NCBI RefSeq assembly: GCF_006345805.1
Contig: NW_021833420.1
Span: 1-64,000 of the forward strand
DNA length: 64,000 nucleotides
Direction of reading: 5' to 3'
From: Octopus sinensis
Taxonomy: Eukaryota
Shown here: positions 62,151-64,000 of the stretch, in pieces
Layout: every line of letters begins with the position of its first letter
How positions within the stretch are numbered: the stretch's first letter is position 1
Made by a program: the position numbers and the translations under genes
The notes under the pieces: generated by a model
Seen by the model: the letters and a program-made list of their open reading frames with translations, nothing else
Told to the model about the DNA's origin: nothing
Databases searched by the model: none

Positions 62151-62194
62151 TATACATATGTGTGTGTGTGTGTGTGTGTGTATACACGTATATA

Positions 62195-63354
62195 CGAAGG
62201 GATGCTGAAAAGTTCCTGGCCTTCAGGGTATCGTGAAAGGGTAAAGCTGTTACTTTTACAGAGATGGCAGGACAACTATTCGGGGGACATGAAAAAAAAT
62301 CATGCTGGCATACTATATATCTCTCTTCTTTGCAGATTTAACGCGTGATGGCAGCTCCTACAGTGGATGGCGAGATGAAGGAACTCCTAAATGATGGCTG
62401 CCCATCTTAATCCATAGTGAAAACCTGGGTGTCGAGGTTTCCGATTAGCCATTTTTAGGTCAGGACCACCAACTTCTGTGACTACAGAGAACAAAGCCGG
62501 ATTTCAGCTAAAGTCATAGCTGAGACTCTGTAGATTTTCCGCGAGAGAGTTGGTCACATTATCTACAACACTCTGGACATGAGAAGGCAAAATGGGTACC
62601 GAAATGCCTGAACGCAGAACAGAAGCACATCCGCGTAACGACATGAAAGGCTATTTTGGACCGCTTTGCACCATGGATGAAACACTATGTCTCGTTTAGT
62701 CACCATGGATGAAATCTGCCTTCATTATTATGATCCCCAGACTAAGTAGCAATCAATGGAGTGGCGCCACAGCAGTTCACCGCATTTTAAGACGTTTCGG
62801 ACCCAGAAGCCAGCAGGAAAGATTCTAGCTTCAATGTTTTGGGACAAAGACAGAGTATGCTTCATAAAATACTTGCCAAAAGGTTCAACCATTAAAGCAG
62901 AATTCGACATGATCCTATTGGATGAACTGCGTGAAGCTTTGGAGCAGAAACGCCGTGGAAAACCGAGTCGTGGTACCCTGCTTCTTGCATGCCAATGCAC
63001 CAGCACACACAGCACATTAAAACTCTACGGAAAATGGATGACATTGGCTTCAAATTGGTAGACCACCCACCTTATTATCCTGATTTGGCCCCCACCGTCT
63101 ATCGTCTCTTTCCACAACGGTAAAATCAACTCAAGGGAACAAAATTTCACTCTAATTCGGAAGTGATCGCTGCTTCAGAGGCTTGTTTGGCGGTCCAACT
63201 ATCCGTATTTCTTTTCACTAGTCTTGGAAAATCTGAAGGGCCGCTGCAATACGAGTGTGAATCTGAGAGGGGAATATGTTGAATAGCATTATAATTAACT
63301 GATCTTCCTGTATTATATTTTACCGAAAGCCAGAAACTTTTCAGCACCTCTTCG
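62195..63354 (+). mobile_element. Mariner element, degenerate
   Basis: TIRs cgaagggatgctgaaaagttcctggc / gccagaaacttttcagcacctcttcg. VTMDE, QSMEWRH, PAGKILASMFWD, YYPDLAP fragments. Confidence 0.88.
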
Positions 63355-63382
63355 GATATGTGCATACACACGCACGCACGCA

Positions 63383-63431
<49 letters not shown>

Positions 63432-64000
63432 TGTGTGTGTGTGTGTGTGTATTTATGAATATACACGTACGTGTAAAAGACGGAGAAAAATATGCAAAAT
63501 ATATATATATCACAAAATATAGGACACTTTGACACCGCAAAAACAGTATAATTTTGAAAAACCATAAGTTCTAAGTGCAGGAGCACATCAAACTTCCAGA
63601 AAACCAAGCGAGAAAACTATTTATATATACAAGAACGCTCAGTCCTCATCCATAATCAAGAAGTTTGTAAATGATATTTAAGATATTTGCAATCCCACCC
63701 GCTCTTACTATAGCAATATACTATCAAGAAGCGAGATTAATGAAAACATTTTACAAGAAATATAACTCCTCCCTCATAACTACAAAACCAGGATAACAAG
63801 CACAATTCTTTCAACCCACTCTACAGCATGAATGAAACTACTAACATGAAGAGAAATCTTCAATGACTATCAAAAATTAATTTCCAATCACACATAAATA
63901 TCATAAACTTTTCAAAGCCAATAAATTCAAATGATTTAAGTTTGTTCGGACAGCGTCCTTTCCTGCAGCATCCACGTCGCAATCTAAGACATACATCTAG

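Noticed and set aside
63341-64000. Search for the upstream SLC22 exon (TM5-6, ending phase 2)
   Set aside because: No frame with the expected WR.L...P...W pattern and splice sites was found; it is presumably outside the window.

Overview
AT-rich, microsatellite-dense animal genomic DNA. It is most likely a coleoid cephalopod (Octopus-like), inferred from the SINE and transposon families and not provable from the sequence alone. The one host gene is the 3' half of an SLC22/MFS organic-ion transporter on the minus strand. Six coding exons (60277-59969, 56971-56837, 55610-55525, 54216-54099, 47614-47542, 45928-45749) join in frame through GT-AG splice sites of matching phase. The earlier exons were not found and probably lie beyond 64000. 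The rest is transposon debris: at least 8 Tc1/mariner copies, 2 hAT copies, Helitrons, many Penelope-like element (PLE) fragments, a Tx1/L1-like 5' fragment and three tRNA-SINE families. A 12-kb pile-up (about 30.0-42.2 kb) of R4/Dong-type RLE retrotransposons has (AAT)n tracts at most junctions and is interleaved with an unclassified (AAT)n-tailed ~540-bp repeat. The most interesting signal is a set of minimal hammerhead-ribozyme-like motifs in PLE-type termini. Two long palindromes carry versions with a compensatory U3-A8 core pair, and two motifs lie sense to the transporter pre-mRNA. All calls come from manual reading; no database search or folding program was run. Most listed ORFs are microsatellite translation artefacts.
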